This document shows, in pieces, positions 38,072 to 48,068 of a stretch of DNA of 64,000 nucleotides. Below the pieces are notes generated by a model. That model was not told the DNA's origin, searched no databases, and worked only from the letters and a program-made list of their open reading frames with translations. This DNA is from a bacterium (lineage in GTDB: Bacteria; Krumholzibacteriota; Krumholzibacteriia; LZORAL124-64-63), in the NCBI GenBank assembly GCA_031441465.1, contig JANOEP010000009.1, positions 32,001-96,000 on the forward strand, in the 5' to 3' direction. The position numbers were made by a program, and so were the translations under genes. Position 1 is the stretch's first letter. Each line of letters starts with the position of its first letter.

Positions 38072-38740
38072 TCACCGGTACATGCTCTTGACGTTGCCCC
38101 AAGCGGTCTGCTCGGCGGGAACGCCGCACTCCATGTAGTTGTAGGTGACCGAGTAGCTGACGTAGGCCTGCAGGCCGATCGACCAGCTGTTGGCGCCGAA
38201 CTGGGAGGACATGTTGAAAGCCGTGCAGGGGAGGTTGACCGTGCCGGCGCCCGTGAACAGCGCCAGGTCGAGGGCGCTCGCCAGGCAGACCGTGTTGCCG
38301 ACGGACACGTCCAGCCCGGAGTGGGTCACGCCGGAGGTGCCGGCGTAGTCGGCGACGCCGTCGTAGGACGTGACCGGACCCGAAAAGGCCTGCAACGGCT
38401 GGAGCACCATCACCGGCGACAGGTCGGGCCGCCGGAGCGTGACCTGGACCTCGAAGTTGCTCGTCACGGTCGTGGGGAAGGTCTGGATGTTCTCGAAGCT
38501 CAGGAAACCGGCCCCATGCGCCGTCGCCTGCACGCAGACGGAGGTCAGGCACTGGCCGGGAAGGTCGAACTGCGGCACGGACTGGTAGGGGAACGTGTAC
38601 TGGCTCGCGCCGAGATAAGGCGACGGACCGTACACGCTGCTGTGCGTGATGGACGCGGCCCGGGCGCCGGCGGCGTTGATCGTCAGCGACAGGCACACGG
38701 CGAGGGCGAGACGGGCGGCGACCGATTTCATGATGGTCAT
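38072..38740 (-). CDS. Secreted beta-rich protein (choice-of-anchor E-like) with C-terminal WGxxKxxYR motif
   Basis: Signal peptide; VPQFD...LTSV; ends VPAEQTAWGNVKSMYR. Confidence 0.75.
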   Translation of the reverse strand: MTIMKSVAARLALAVCLSLTINAAGARAASITHSSVYGPSPYLGASQYTFPYQSVPQFDLPGQCLTSVCVQATAHGAGFLSFENIQTFPTTVTSNFEVQVTLRRPDLSPVMVLQPLQAFSGPVTSYDGVADYAGTSGVTHSGLDVSVGNTVCLASALDLALFTGAGTVNLPCTAFNMSSQFGANSWSIGLQAYVSYSVTYNYMECGVPAEQTAWGNVKSMYR

Positions 38741-38921
38741 GGCAACTCTCCCATGATTGAAGACCGCGAACGGGAACTGCACCTGATATACCGGGCAAGG
38801 CGACCGGATCGTAGGGGTTGCTCTCCGCGGGGCGATCCCACTGCGGAGAGAGGAAAAGGGTAGGCCCAATGAAGATTGATCGCCACCTGTTTAGGGTGGG
38901 AGGTGGGCGGGCGGGAATCGG

Positions 38922-40394
38922 CTACAGCGCCTTCGCGACGATCCGGAAATGCCGCCCGGTGATGGCGAGGGTGACCGCCAGGCCGATCCGGTCGGGATGC
39001 TGCAGGAGTGTCGTGGTGAGGAATCCCCAGTAGGCGCGGCGGCCGCGTTCGCAGATCCCGATGCGCCACAACGACTTCATCAGCGCCCGCAGGTCGCTCC
39101 GCGACAGGTGCGCGCGCGGCCCGCGGGATCGGTGGTTCTCCAGGAGGATCCGGGCACGGCGGTAGTAGGTGTTCGGCTCGTAGAGCCGGCGCATCAGGAG
39201 GCGGTAGTTCTCGATCAGGAACTCGCGGTCCAGCTTCGGCTCGAAGTTGAAGGTCGCCTTGGTGTTGTCGCCGCCGCCGTCGCCCCGCAGGCGCCCCTCG
39301 CCCGCCAGCCGCCGGTAGAGGCGGCTGCGCGGGATGGCCTGGAGCATCCCGACCATCGCGGTGACCACGCCGGCGTTCTGGATGAACTCGAACTGCCGCT
39401 GGAAGATGTCGGCGCGGTCGCTGTCGAAGCCCACGATGAAGCCGCCCATGACCTCCAGACCGGCGTGCTGGATGCGGCGCACGGCCGTCGGCAGGTCGCT
39501 GCGCAGGTTCTGCGTCTTGTGGCACTCCTGCAGGCTCTCGGCACAGGGGGTCTCGATGCCCAGGAACACTTTCTTGAAGCCGGCTTCGACCATCAACTGC
39601 AGCAGCTCCGGGTCCTCGGCCATGTTCACCGAGGCCTCGGTCAGGAACGTCATCCGCGCGCGCGTCGCGCGGCGCCAGCCGATCATCGCGCGCAGCAGCT
39701 CCTTGCAGCGCCGCGGGTCGCCCACGAAGTTGTCGTCGACCAGGAAGGTCTGGCCCCGCCAGCCGCGCAGGCGCAGCACGTCCAGCTCGGCGAGGAAACG
39801 CTCGGGCGTCTTGTAGCGGGGCTTGTGCCCGTTCAGCGCCACGACGTCGCAGAACTCGCAGTCGAAGGGGCAGCCGCGGCAGGACTGCACCGACATCGTC
39901 GCGTACTCCCGCAGGTCGATCAGGTCCCAGCGCGGCAGGGGCGTCAGCGACAGGTCGGGGTAGCGCGGCGCCTCGTACAGGAGCTGGACGCGTCCCGCTT
40001 CCATGTCGGCGACGAGCGCCGCCGCTGTCTCCTCCGCCTCGCCGACCACGACGTGGTCGACGCCCGGATTGTCGGCCGCGTCGGTGGTGAACAGCGGCCC
40101 GCCGCCGATCACCGGCTTGCCCGCCGCGCGGCAGGTCCGGATCACCGCGAGCAGCGAGTCGCGCTGCGCCAGCATGGCGCTGACGAGCACGTAGTCCGCC
40201 CAACGCACGTCGGTGGCCGGCAGGGGCCGGCAGTTCAGGTCGACGACCTTCAGCTCCCAGTCGCGCGGCAGCAGGCCGGCGAGGGTCAGCAGTCCCAGGG
40301 GGGGATTCGAAGCGCGCTTGCCCACGAAGGGCAGGGCGTTGCGGAAGCTCCAGAAGGTATCCGGGGTGCGCGGTTCGACCAGCAGGACCCGCAT
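38922..40394 (-). CDS. B12-binding radical SAM protein (DUF4070-like C-terminus)
   Basis: PPLGLLTLA, GEAE, CPFDCEFC, DDNF, GIET, GFIVGFD. Confidence 0.9.
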   Translation of the reverse strand: MRVLLVEPRTPDTFWSFRNALPFVGKRASNPPLGLLTLAGLLPRDWELKVVDLNCRPLPATDVRWADYVLVSAMLAQRDSLLAVIRTCRAAGKPVIGGGPLFTTDAADNPGVDHVVVGEAEETAAALVADMEAGRVQLLYEAPRYPDLSLTPLPRWDLIDLREYATMSVQSCRGCPFDCEFCDVVALNGHKPRYKTPERFLAELDVLRLRGWRGQTFLVDDNFVGDPRRCKELLRAMIGWRRATRARMTFLTEASVNMAEDPELLQLMVEAGFKKVFLGIETPCAESLQECHKTQNLRSDLPTAVRRIQHAGLEVMGGFIVGFDSDRADIFQRQFEFIQNAGVVTAMVGMLQAIPRSRLYRRLAGEGRLRGDGGGDNTKATFNFEPKLDREFLIENYRLLMRRLYEPNTYYRRARILLENHRSRGPRAHLSRSDLRALMKSLWRIGICERGRRAYWGFLTTTLLQHPDRIGLAVTLAITGRHFRIVAKAL

Positions 40395-40472
40395 GGGGGT
40401 CTCCGTTCGGCGGGGGCGGCGAAACGATCCGCCTACATGATAATATGTTTTCATGAAAACGAAAGGGCCGCG

Positions 40473-41651
40473 TCAGCCCGCCCGCAGCGCCTCGCTGACC
40501 GGGCGCCGCGCCGCGGCGCGGGCGGGGAAGTAGCCGCCGACGAGGCCGAGCACGACCGACGCCAGCAGGCCGATGGCCAGGATGCCCGGGGAGATGCGGA
40601 ACTCGAAGGCGACCTCGCTGAACGAGGCCCAGTTGGTGGTGCCCGTCGAGACGCCGTGCACGGGCAGGGCCAGCAGGCAACCCAGCACGCCGCCGATCAG
40701 GCACAGCAGCACCGACTCGATCAGGAAGCTGGCCAGGATCGCGCGCGGCGTGAAGCCCAGGGCCAGCAGGGTCGCGATCTCGCGGCTGCGCGAGCCGACC
40801 GCCGCGTACATCGTGTTCAGGGCGCCGAGGACCGCGCCGGCGGCCATCACCACCACCAGGAACAGGCCGAGGGCGCGGATCACGCCGGCCAGCTGCTCGG
40901 ACTGGGCGCGGTAGTATTCCCGCTCGATGCGGGGCTCGGCCCGCACGCGCGGGTCGGCCTCCAGGCGCGCCAGGAGATCGGCGAGTCGGTCGGGGTCGGT
41001 CAGCCGCAGCGTCAGCGAGGAGAACCCGCGGCGGTCGAAGACCGGCAGGAGCGTCTCGAGATCGCCCCAGATCTCGGAGTCGAAGCCGCTGCCGCCGGCG
41101 TCGAAGGAGCCCACCACGCGGAAGTCGCGGCCGCCCATGCGCAGCGTCTCCCCCACCCCGCAACCCTCGAAGCGCCGGCCCAGCTTGCCGCCCGCCAGCA
41201 CTTCGTCCGTGCCGGGCTTCAACATCCGGCCCTCGCGCAGGCGGATGTCGGGCCGCAGCTCGAACACCCGCGGCTCGACGCCGCGCACCGTGACGTTCGA
41301 GGAGGCGGCCGGGTCGTCGCGCCGCACCAGGTTCACCAGCACGACCATCTCGGGCAGGGCCAGCGGCTCGCCGTCGGCGCCGCGGGCCACGGCCGGGTCG
41401 GCCGAGGCGATGCGGGCGGCCTCGCGCGAGATCCCCGACATCATCTCGCTCGTGGCGCCGCCGCGCAGGACGATGGCGTTGTCGGGCCGTCCCGTCGAGA
41501 CGAGCGTGGCGCTGAAGCCGTGCGCCAGCGCGAGGGTCAGCACGAGCACCGCCACGACCAGGGCGATGCCGCCGGCGGTCATCAGCGTCATCGTGCGCCG
41601 CACGACCAGGTTGCGCAGGTTGTACTGCAGCGGCAGCCGCATCGTCGTCAC
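40473..41651 (-). CDS. ABC transporter permease (MacB/FtsX-like)
   Basis: RSREIATLLALGF; FtsX-type TM arrangement. Confidence 0.9.
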   Translation of the reverse strand: MTTMRLPLQYNLRNLVVRRTMTLMTAGGIALVVAVLVLTLALAHGFSATLVSTGRPDNAIVLRGGATSEMMSGISREAARIASADPAVARGADGEPLALPEMVVLVNLVRRDDPAASSNVTVRGVEPRVFELRPDIRLREGRMLKPGTDEVLAGGKLGRRFEGCGVGETLRMGGRDFRVVGSFDAGGSGFDSEIWGDLETLLPVFDRRGFSSLTLRLTDPDRLADLLARLEADPRVRAEPRIEREYYRAQSEQLAGVIRALGLFLVVVMAAGAVLGALNTMYAAVGSRSREIATLLALGFTPRAILASFLIESVLLCLIGGVLGCLLALPVHGVSTGTTNWASFSEVAFEFRISPGILAIGLLASVVLGLVGGYFPARAAARRPVSEALRAG

Positions 41652-42793
41652 CCCGTGTGGCGCAGCGCATCGACGATGCGCAGCCGCGCCGCGTTCCAGG
41701 CCGGCGCCACGCCGCTGACCACGCCCAGGAAGAGCGCGATGCCGAGCGCCTGCGCCACGGTGCCGTCCGTGACCGTGAAGCGGGGGAAGAAACCGCCCGC
41801 CGTGAAGTCCGAGAGATCGAAGACCAGCCGCGCGAGCCCCGCCCCGAGCACGCCGCCGACCAGGGTGATCAGGAGCGACTCGGCCAGCACCAGCCCGACC
41901 ACGGCGCGGTCGGCGAAGCCCAGGGCCTTCAGCACCGCGATCTCGCGCGTGCGCTCGCGCGCGGCCATCATCATCGTGTTCATCGAGACCAGCACGATGG
42001 CGATGACGATGGCGGTGCCCAGAGAGTAGATCACCGCCTGGATGTTGCCGAGCATCGAGATGAAGCCGAGCTGGAACGCCTTCTCGGTCTCGGTCTTGGT
42101 CTCCGCGGCGCTGTTGGCGAAGGTCTCGTCGACGATCCGGGCGACGTCGCCGGCGCGGTCCGGGTCGGCGAGCTTCAGCACGAAGGTGCCGACCTGTCCC
42201 CAGTCGCCCAGGCTCTGGTTGAGGTACTCCCCGTTGAACAGCAGCCAGTTGGTGTCCAGATCCGGCGTCGCGGGTTGCGCCACGCCGCAGACCGTGAAGT
42301 CCCAGACGCCCTCGAAGATGGTGCCGCGCAGGGTGATCCGATCGCCGACCTCGAAGCCGTACTTGCGCGCCAGCTTCTCGCCGACGATGCAGGCCGTGCG
42401 TTCGCGCCGGAAGGTGTCCTTCTCCTCGGCCGTCAGGCGGTACTCGGGGTAGATCTCGAAGTAGCGCAGGGGGTCGATCGCGAACTGGGCGAAGAAGTTG
42501 CGCTCGTCGATGTAGACGCCGCCGAACCAGGTCGCCCAGCTCACGTCCTCGACGCCCGGGATCTGGGTCAGCCGGTCGCGGTAGGAGATCGGCAGGAAGA
42601 AGGTCAGCGAGGTCGAGCGGCGCGTGATCAGCCGGGCCGATGATGCCGACTCGAGCGAAGCGGCCAGCGAGGTGATCACCGTGCGCAGCGTGCAGAACAG
42701 GAAGAGCGAGACGACGATCGACAGGACCGTCAGCAGCGTCCGCCGCTTGTTGCGCAGCGTGTTGCGCAGGATGAAGGGCAGGAACCGCGTCAC
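41648..42793 (-). CDS. ABC transporter permease (MacB/FtsX-like)
   Basis: [23 protein letters not shown]. Confidence 0.9.
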   Translation of the reverse strand: MTRFLPFILRNTLRNKRRTLLTVLSIVVSLFLFCTLRTVITSLAASLESASSARLITRRSTSLTFFLPISYRDRLTQIPGVEDVSWATWFGGVYIDERNFFAQFAIDPLRYFEIYPEYRLTAEEKDTFRRERTACIVGEKLARKYGFEVGDRITLRGTIFEGVWDFTVCGVAQPATPDLDTNWLLFNGEYLNQSLGDWGQVGTFVLKLADPDRAGDVARIVDETFANSAAETKTETEKAFQLGFISMLGNIQAVIYSLGTAIVIAIVLVSMNTMMMAARERTREIAVLKALGFADRAVVGLVLAESLLITLVGGVLGAGLARLVFDLSDFTAGGFFPRFTVTDGTVAQALGIALFLGVVSGVAPAWNAARLRIVDALRHTG

Positions 42794-43503
42794 GGCCGCT
42801 CCCGGCGGACCGACTCGACGAGGACCCCTTTATCGAGGTGCAGCACGCGGTGGGCGCGCTCGGCGGCGCGCGGGTCGTGGGTGACCATCACGACCGTCTT
42901 GCCGAACTCGCGGTTCAGGCGCCCGATCAGGTCGAGGATTTCGGCGGCCGAAACGGCGTCCAGGTCGCCGGTCGGCTCGTCCGCCACCAGCAGCGACGGG
43001 TCGCTGACGATCGCCCGCGCGATCGCGACGCGCTGCTCCTGCCCGCCCGAGAGCTGGCGCGGGTAGTGGTCGCTGCGGTCGTGCAGGCCGACGACGTCCA
43101 GCACGTCCAGCACGTGCTGCTTCCGCTCGCGGCGGTCCAGGGAGGTCAACAGCAGCGGCAACTCGACGTTCTGGAACGCCGTCAGCACCGGGATCAGGTT
43201 GTACGACTGGAAGATGAAGCCGACGTGCCGCGCGCGGAAGGCGGCCAGCGCGGCGTTGTCGAGGCCGCCGAGGTCCACCCCCGCCACCACGACGCGCCCG
43301 GAGGTCGGCGTGTCGATGCCGCTGACCAGGTTCAGGATGGTCGACTTGCCCGAGCCGGACGGGCCCATCAGGGCGAGGAACTCGCCGGCCGCGACGTCGA
43401 GGTCGAGCGCGGCAAGGACCGGCACCGCGATCGTGTCGCGCCGGTAGGTCTTGCTCACGCCGCGCAGGGCGATGATCGGCTGTCCGGCGGCGACGCTCAC
43501 CAC
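42790..43503 (-). CDS. ABC transporter ATP-binding protein
   Basis: [26 protein letters not shown]. Confidence 0.95.
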   Translation of the reverse strand: MVSVAAGQPIIALRGVSKTYRRDTIAVPVLAALDLDVAAGEFLALMGPSGSGKSTILNLVSGIDTPTSGRVVVAGVDLGGLDNAALAAFRARHVGFIFQSYNLIPVLTAFQNVELPLLLTSLDRRERKQHVLDVLDVVGLHDRSDHYPRQLSGGQEQRVAIARAIVSDPSLLVADEPTGDLDAVSAAEILDLIGRLNREFGKTVVMVTHDPRAAERAHRVLHLDKGVLVESVRRERP

Positions 43504-43522
43504 GCTCCTCCTTCGTTCCGGA

Positions 43523-44755
43523 TCAGAGCGAGATGCGCACGCGTTGTCCCGAGCGCAGGCGCGAAGCCCCGCCGACGACGACCTGGTCGCCGTCGTCGAG
43601 CCCGACGAGGATCTCCACCAGTTCTCCGCTGCGCTCCCCGACGGTGACGTTCTGGGCGACCGCCTTGCCGTCGCGCACGAGCCAGACCCTGCTCTTACCC
43701 TCCTGCTCGCGCACCGCCGCGGCCGGCACGCGCAGCACCTTCGGGACGGTCGTGATGCGGTCGGTCGGGCGGGTCTCCAGGAAGGTCACCTTCGCCCCGA
43801 GATCGGGGCGGACGCGCGAATCCGCCGCCACGAACCGCACGCGCACCGGGATGGTGGCCTTGTCGCGATCGGCCGATGGGTAGATGGAGCGGACCTCGCC
43901 GGGATAATGGACCTCCGGGTAGGCGTCCAGGACCACGTCGCACGGCATGCCGAGCGCCACTCGCGCGATGTAGCTCTCGTTCACGTCCACGCCGACCTCG
44001 AGGGTGCCCAGGTCGGCGATGGTGACCACCGCGCCGGCGCGGGCGGTGTTGCTGGTCATGATCGGGCCGACGATCTCGCCCACCTCGGCGTCCTTGCGCA
44101 GGACCGCGCCGGCGAACGGGGCCGTGATGCGCGTCTTGTCGAGTTCCAGGCGCGCGGTCTGCAGCGCCGCGCGGGCCACGGCGACCAGGGCCCGGGCGGC
44201 CCGGACCTCCGCGACCGCGGTCATCGCGACGGTGTCCGCGCTTTCGTCCTCCTCGGCGCCGATCGCGCCGGCCGCCCGCAGGTCGGCGCGTCGGGCGGCG
44301 CGTCGGCGGGCGTCGACCTCGACGGCCTCGGCCTGCGCCTGACGCGCCTCGGCGAGCGCGAGGTCCGCCTCGGCGCGGGCGACGGCCGCCCGCTGGTCCT
44401 CGTCGAGCAGGCGCGCCACGACCTGGCCCGCCGACACGGTGTCGCCCTCCTCGACCGTGACCTCGGCGAGGCGGCCGGTGGCGCGGGCCGCCACCGAGGC
44501 CTGGTGGCGGGCCTCGACGTAGCCGTTGGTCGTCAGCACGACCTTGCCCTGTTCGGCCGGGCCGCCGCCGCCGCTGCGGGCCGTGGCCACGGTGACCGTG
44601 GCCGGCCGCGTCAGGAACGACAGCACGGCGATCACGACGACCGCCGCCAGCAGGATCCAGGGCCAGCGCCGCGGTTTCCGCCGCGCGCTGCGTTCGTCGT
44701 CGGTGATGCGCAGTTTTCCCAGATCGGCGGAAGCCGCGCCGCGTCCGTCAGCCAC
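43523..44755 (-). CDS. Periplasmic adaptor (membrane fusion protein) of the ABC exporter
   Basis: N-terminal TM, ITAPFAG, VDVNES; start placed at GTG 44755. Confidence 0.88.
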   Translation of the reverse strand: MADGRGAASADLGKLRITDDERSARRKPRRWPWILLAAVVVIAVLSFLTRPATVTVATARSGGGGPAEQGKVVLTTNGYVEARHQASVAARATGRLAEVTVEEGDTVSAGQVVARLLDEDQRAAVARAEADLALAEARQAQAEAVEVDARRRAARRADLRAAGAIGAEEDESADTVAMTAVAEVRAARALVAVARAALQTARLELDKTRITAPFAGAVLRKDAEVGEIVGPIMTSNTARAGAVVTIADLGTLEVGVDVNESYIARVALGMPCDVVLDAYPEVHYPGEVRSIYPSADRDKATIPVRVRFVAADSRVRPDLGAKVTFLETRPTDRITTVPKVLRVPAAAVREQEGKSRVWLVRDGKAVAQNVTVGERSGELVEILVGLDDGDQVVVGGASRLRSGQRVRISL

Positions 44756-44813
44756 GGTTCGAACCTGCCTCGTTCGGGTGGTCGGAGTCGTTTCCGCGTG
44801 TCGGATGGAATGT

Positions 44814-44842
44814 AGTCTAGGCACGAGCGGCAGCCCGGTCAA
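44814..44842 (-). promoter_or_regulatory. Sigma-70 promoter of the ABC exporter operon
   Basis: TTGACC-17 nt-TAGACT. Confidence 0.6.
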
Positions 44843-44885
44843 GGGCGCCGGGTTGCCTCTCGGGAGCGTGGAGCCTCGGTCCGGG

Positions 44886-45722
44886 CTAGTAATCACTCCC
44901 CATCGGCAGGGCTTCCAGCTCCCGCGCCGTGAAGACCGGGCCTTCCTTGCAGACGTACGTGCCGCCGATGTTGCACCGGCCGCACTTGCCCACGCCGCAC
45001 TTCATGCGGTTCTCGAGCGTGGTGACGATCTGCTCGGGGGCGAAGCCCAGCTTGTCGAGCACGGGCATCGAGAACTTGATCATGATCGGGGGGCCGCACA
45101 CGAAGGCCAGGCCGTTGCTCGAGGGCGGGGCGTACTGCTCGAGCGCGGTCGGCACGAAGCCGATCTTGCCCTTCCAGTCGGGGGTTTCGCCGCCGGGATC
45201 GACCGTGGTCACCAGCTCCACGTCGCTGCGCGCCTCCCAGTCGGCCAGCTCGTGCTTGTAGACGAGGTCCGCCACGCTGCGCGCGCCGTAGACGATGCGC
45301 ACGGCCCCGAACTCGTCGCGGCGGTCCAGCACGTTCCAGATCAGGCAGCGCAGGGGCGGCAGGGCGATGCCGCCGACCACGAACAGCAGGTCCTTGCCGC
45401 GGTACTCCTCGAGCGGGAAGTGGTTCCCGTACGGCCCGCGGAAGCCGATGACGTCGCCGACCTCCTTGCGGCGCAGCACCTCGGTCACCTTGCCCATGGC
45501 GCGGAAGGTGCACTCGAGGTGACCCTTCCAGGTGGGCGGCGAGGCGATGCAGAAGGTCGACTCGCCCTCGCCGAACGCCGAGTACAGTCCGAACTGGCCG
45601 GCGAGGAAGCTGAACGACTCGCGCATCTGCGGCTCGACGAAGCGCAGTTTGAGCGTCTTGACGTCGTGCGTCTCCTGGCGGGTCTCGAAGATCTCCATCA
45701 GGTGCGGCGTGTAGAGCCTCAT
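44886..45722 (-). CDS. flxA: FAD/NAD-binding oxidoreductase with 2Fe-2S cluster (FlxA/AsrB-like)
   Basis: RGPYGN, GGIALPP, CGPPIM, MKCGVGKCGRC...VCKEGP. Confidence 0.8.
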   Translation of the reverse strand: MRLYTPHLMEIFETRQETHDVKTLKLRFVEPQMRESFSFLAGQFGLYSAFGEGESTFCIASPPTWKGHLECTFRAMGKVTEVLRRKEVGDVIGFRGPYGNHFPLEEYRGKDLLFVVGGIALPPLRCLIWNVLDRRDEFGAVRIVYGARSVADLVYKHELADWEARSDVELVTTVDPGGETPDWKGKIGFVPTALEQYAPPSSNGLAFVCGPPIMIKFSMPVLDKLGFAPEQIVTTLENRMKCGVGKCGRCNIGGTYVCKEGPVFTARELEALPMGSDY

Positions 45723-46750
45723 CGCACACCTCCCTGGCCGGCGGGCGCCGCCCCGAACACCTGCAGCACCTCGACGAGGTCCATGCCGGCGGGGCAGGCG
45801 TCCACGCACCGCCCGCAGCCGGTGCAGAGCAGGTGGCCGAACTTGTCGGGGTAGTAGACGAACTTGTGGTAGATGCGCTGCCGGTAGCGCCGCGACTGGC
45901 GCGGGCGCGGGTTGTGTCCCGAAGCGTGCGCCGTGAAGTGGTCGAACGCGCAGGCGTCCCAGTTTCGCACGCGCTCGCCGCGGCGCCAGTCCCCCTCGTC
46001 CACCACGTCGAAGCAGTGGCACGACGGGCAGACGTAGGCGCAGGTCCCGCACCCCACGCAGGCGTCCGACAGCGACTCCCACACCGGGTCGTCGAAGCGG
46101 TCGCGCAGCGCGGCGGCGGCCGCCGCGACGTCCAGCGGGAGCGTGCCGGCCTTGCCGGGGGCGGGCCGGCCGGCGTCGGCCGGGGCCGCGGACAGCGGTT
46201 GCGGCGCGCCGGCGAGCGCCGCTTCGCCGGCCTCGGTCAGGGCGCAGACGGTGTAGCCGCCCTCGACCGGGGAGATCATCACGTCGGCCTGCGGCGACCA
46301 CGCGGGGTCGACCCCCGCGGCGGCGCAGAAGCAGCTTTCGGGCGACGGCGCCGCGGCGCAGCCGAGCGCCACCAACAGCGTGCCGGCCCGGCGGGCCTCG
46401 AACGGCTCGTCGATGTAGTCCCAGCGCATGACCGCGTCGAGCGCGCGCACACCCGCCACGTCGCACGGGTGCACGAGCAGCAGCACGGTCGGGGGCGCGT
46501 CCAGGGGCGCTTCGACGATCTGCGGCGGGTTCGTTGCCAGGTCGTAGACGAACAGCGTCTCGTGGCGCGGCAGCAGCCACTCGCGCGGCGACACCTTCGT
46601 GCGGCCGTAGTCCCAGGCGACCTCGCCGGCGTCGCGGATCGGCGCCCAGACCGGTCCCGCGGGCGTGACGACGGGCGCGACGACCCGGCGCTCGCGCAGC
46701 AGGGCGCTCGTCCAGGTCTTGAGATCGTCGACGGTCCAACGCTGGTCCAC
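45719..46750 (-). CDS. flxB: 4Fe-4S dicluster protein (FlxB/AsrA-like)
   Basis: HPCD, CVGCGTCAYVCPSCHC, CTGCGRCVDACP. Confidence 0.8.
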   Translation of the reverse strand: MDQRWTVDDLKTWTSALLRERRVVAPVVTPAGPVWAPIRDAGEVAWDYGRTKVSPREWLLPRHETLFVYDLATNPPQIVEAPLDAPPTVLLLVHPCDVAGVRALDAVMRWDYIDEPFEARRAGTLLVALGCAAAPSPESCFCAAAGVDPAWSPQADVMISPVEGGYTVCALTEAGEAALAGAPQPLSAAPADAGRPAPGKAGTLPLDVAAAAAALRDRFDDPVWESLSDACVGCGTCAYVCPSCHCFDVVDEGDWRRGERVRNWDACAFDHFTAHASGHNPRPRQSRRYRQRIYHKFVYYPDKFGHLLCTGCGRCVDACPAGMDLVEVLQVFGAAPAGQGGVR

Positions 46751-46762
46751 GTCCGGCCTCCT

Positions 46763-48046
46763 CTACAGGATGAACGGCGCCTGGTCGTCCTGGCGCCCGA
46801 AGAGCAACGGGGAGCGCCGCTCGCCCTCGGCCGGCGGGCCGAAGTCGCGCAGCGCGGCGCGGTTGAGGTGCGCCCCGAGCGCGGCCAGCGGGATGCCCAC
46901 GGGGCAGGCGTCGCTGCAGGCGCCGCACTCGACGCAGCGGCCCGCCTGGTGGAAGGCGCGCGTCACGTTCCAGACCCAGTTGCCCGCCGGGGTGGGCGAC
47001 GAGTCGATCCAGCGCGGGCGCGTCTTGTCGGCGACGCAGCGCACGCAGGAGCAGGTCGGGCAACCCTCGCGGCAGGCGTAGCAGCGCAGGCAGCGCGAGA
47101 AGGCGGCGCTCCAGAAGGCCCAGCGATCCTCGGCCGGGACGTCGGGGCCGGGCACGCCGTGGATCTCCCAGGCGGGCTCATCGCTCGGCGCCGCCGGCGC
47201 TCCATCGCGCTCGTAGACGCGCACGCGCGCCGGATCGATCTGCTGCTCGGCCTGCAGCCGCGCGATCGCCTCGCGCCGTCCCGGGCCGGCCACGATGCCG
47301 AACACGCCCTCCGGCTCCTCGCGCAGCCGGCGCAGCAGGAGCGGCACCAGCGGCGTGGCGGCGTCGGCGGCCGTGAACAGTCCGACCTCTTCGGGGCTGC
47401 GCGCCCACATCGCGCGCGGGTGGTCGGCCCGGCGTCCGGCGCGCAGGCCGAGCACCGCCTTGACCGCACCCGAGACGAGGTCGGCGCGCATGGCGTCGCG
47501 ACCCGGCAGTTCCGTCGCCGCCGGTCCCGCCGGCTTCGCGCGCCCCGTCGTCGCCCAGCCGCGCGCGAGGGCGCCTTCGGCCGGCGCGAAGCCGGGGAAC
47601 GGGCCGAGGGCCCGCACCGTGTCGGTCACGTTGCGCACGACGTCGACGAACTTGCCCCCCTCGGCGGCCGACACCCACGAGAAGTGGATGCGGTTCTGGT
47701 CCATGCCGACGAAGTCGAGCAGCTCGCGGAACATCACCCAGCGCCGCCGGGCGGCGTAGTTGCCGCTCGTGTAGTGGCAGTCGCCCGGGTGGCAGCCCGA
47801 CACGAGCACGCCGTCGCTGCCCATGGCGAAGGCCCGCAGCAGGAACAGCGGGTCGATGCGCCCGGTGCACGGCAGCTTGATCAGGCGGATCTGCGGCGGG
47901 TACTTCAGGCGGCTCGTGCCGGCGAGGTCGGCCCCCGCGTACGTGCACCAGCGGCAGACGAAGGCGGTGATCCGCGGCTGCCAGGTCGCGGCGTCCTCGC
48001 CCCCGACGATCGCAGCGGCGCCTCTCGTGTCGGTTTCCGCGCTCAT
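46763..48046 (-). CDS. MvhD-like domain fused to a 4Fe-4S dicluster domain (FlxCD-like)
   Basis: CRWCTYAGAD, PCTGR, GCHPGDCHY, then CLRCYACREGCP and CVECGACSDACP. Confidence 0.85.
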   Translation of the reverse strand: MSAETDTRGAAAIVGGEDAATWQPRITAFVCRWCTYAGADLAGTSRLKYPPQIRLIKLPCTGRIDPLFLLRAFAMGSDGVLVSGCHPGDCHYTSGNYAARRRWVMFRELLDFVGMDQNRIHFSWVSAAEGGKFVDVVRNVTDTVRALGPFPGFAPAEGALARGWATTGRAKPAGPAATELPGRDAMRADLVSGAVKAVLGLRAGRRADHPRAMWARSPEEVGLFTAADAATPLVPLLLRRLREEPEGVFGIVAGPGRREAIARLQAEQQIDPARVRVYERDGAPAAPSDEPAWEIHGVPGPDVPAEDRWAFWSAAFSRCLRCYACREGCPTCSCVRCVADKTRPRWIDSSPTPAGNWVWNVTRAFHQAGRCVECGACSDACPVGIPLAALGAHLNRAALRDFGPPAEGERRSPLLFGRQDDQAPFIL

Positions 48047-48068
48047 CTCACATCTCCTTCGCGCGGCC

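Noticed and set aside
38821..38850. Hairpin CTCTCCGC...GCGGAGAG considered as a riboswitch
   Set aside because: A single stem with no recognisable aptamer consensus; it may simply end the radical SAM transcript.
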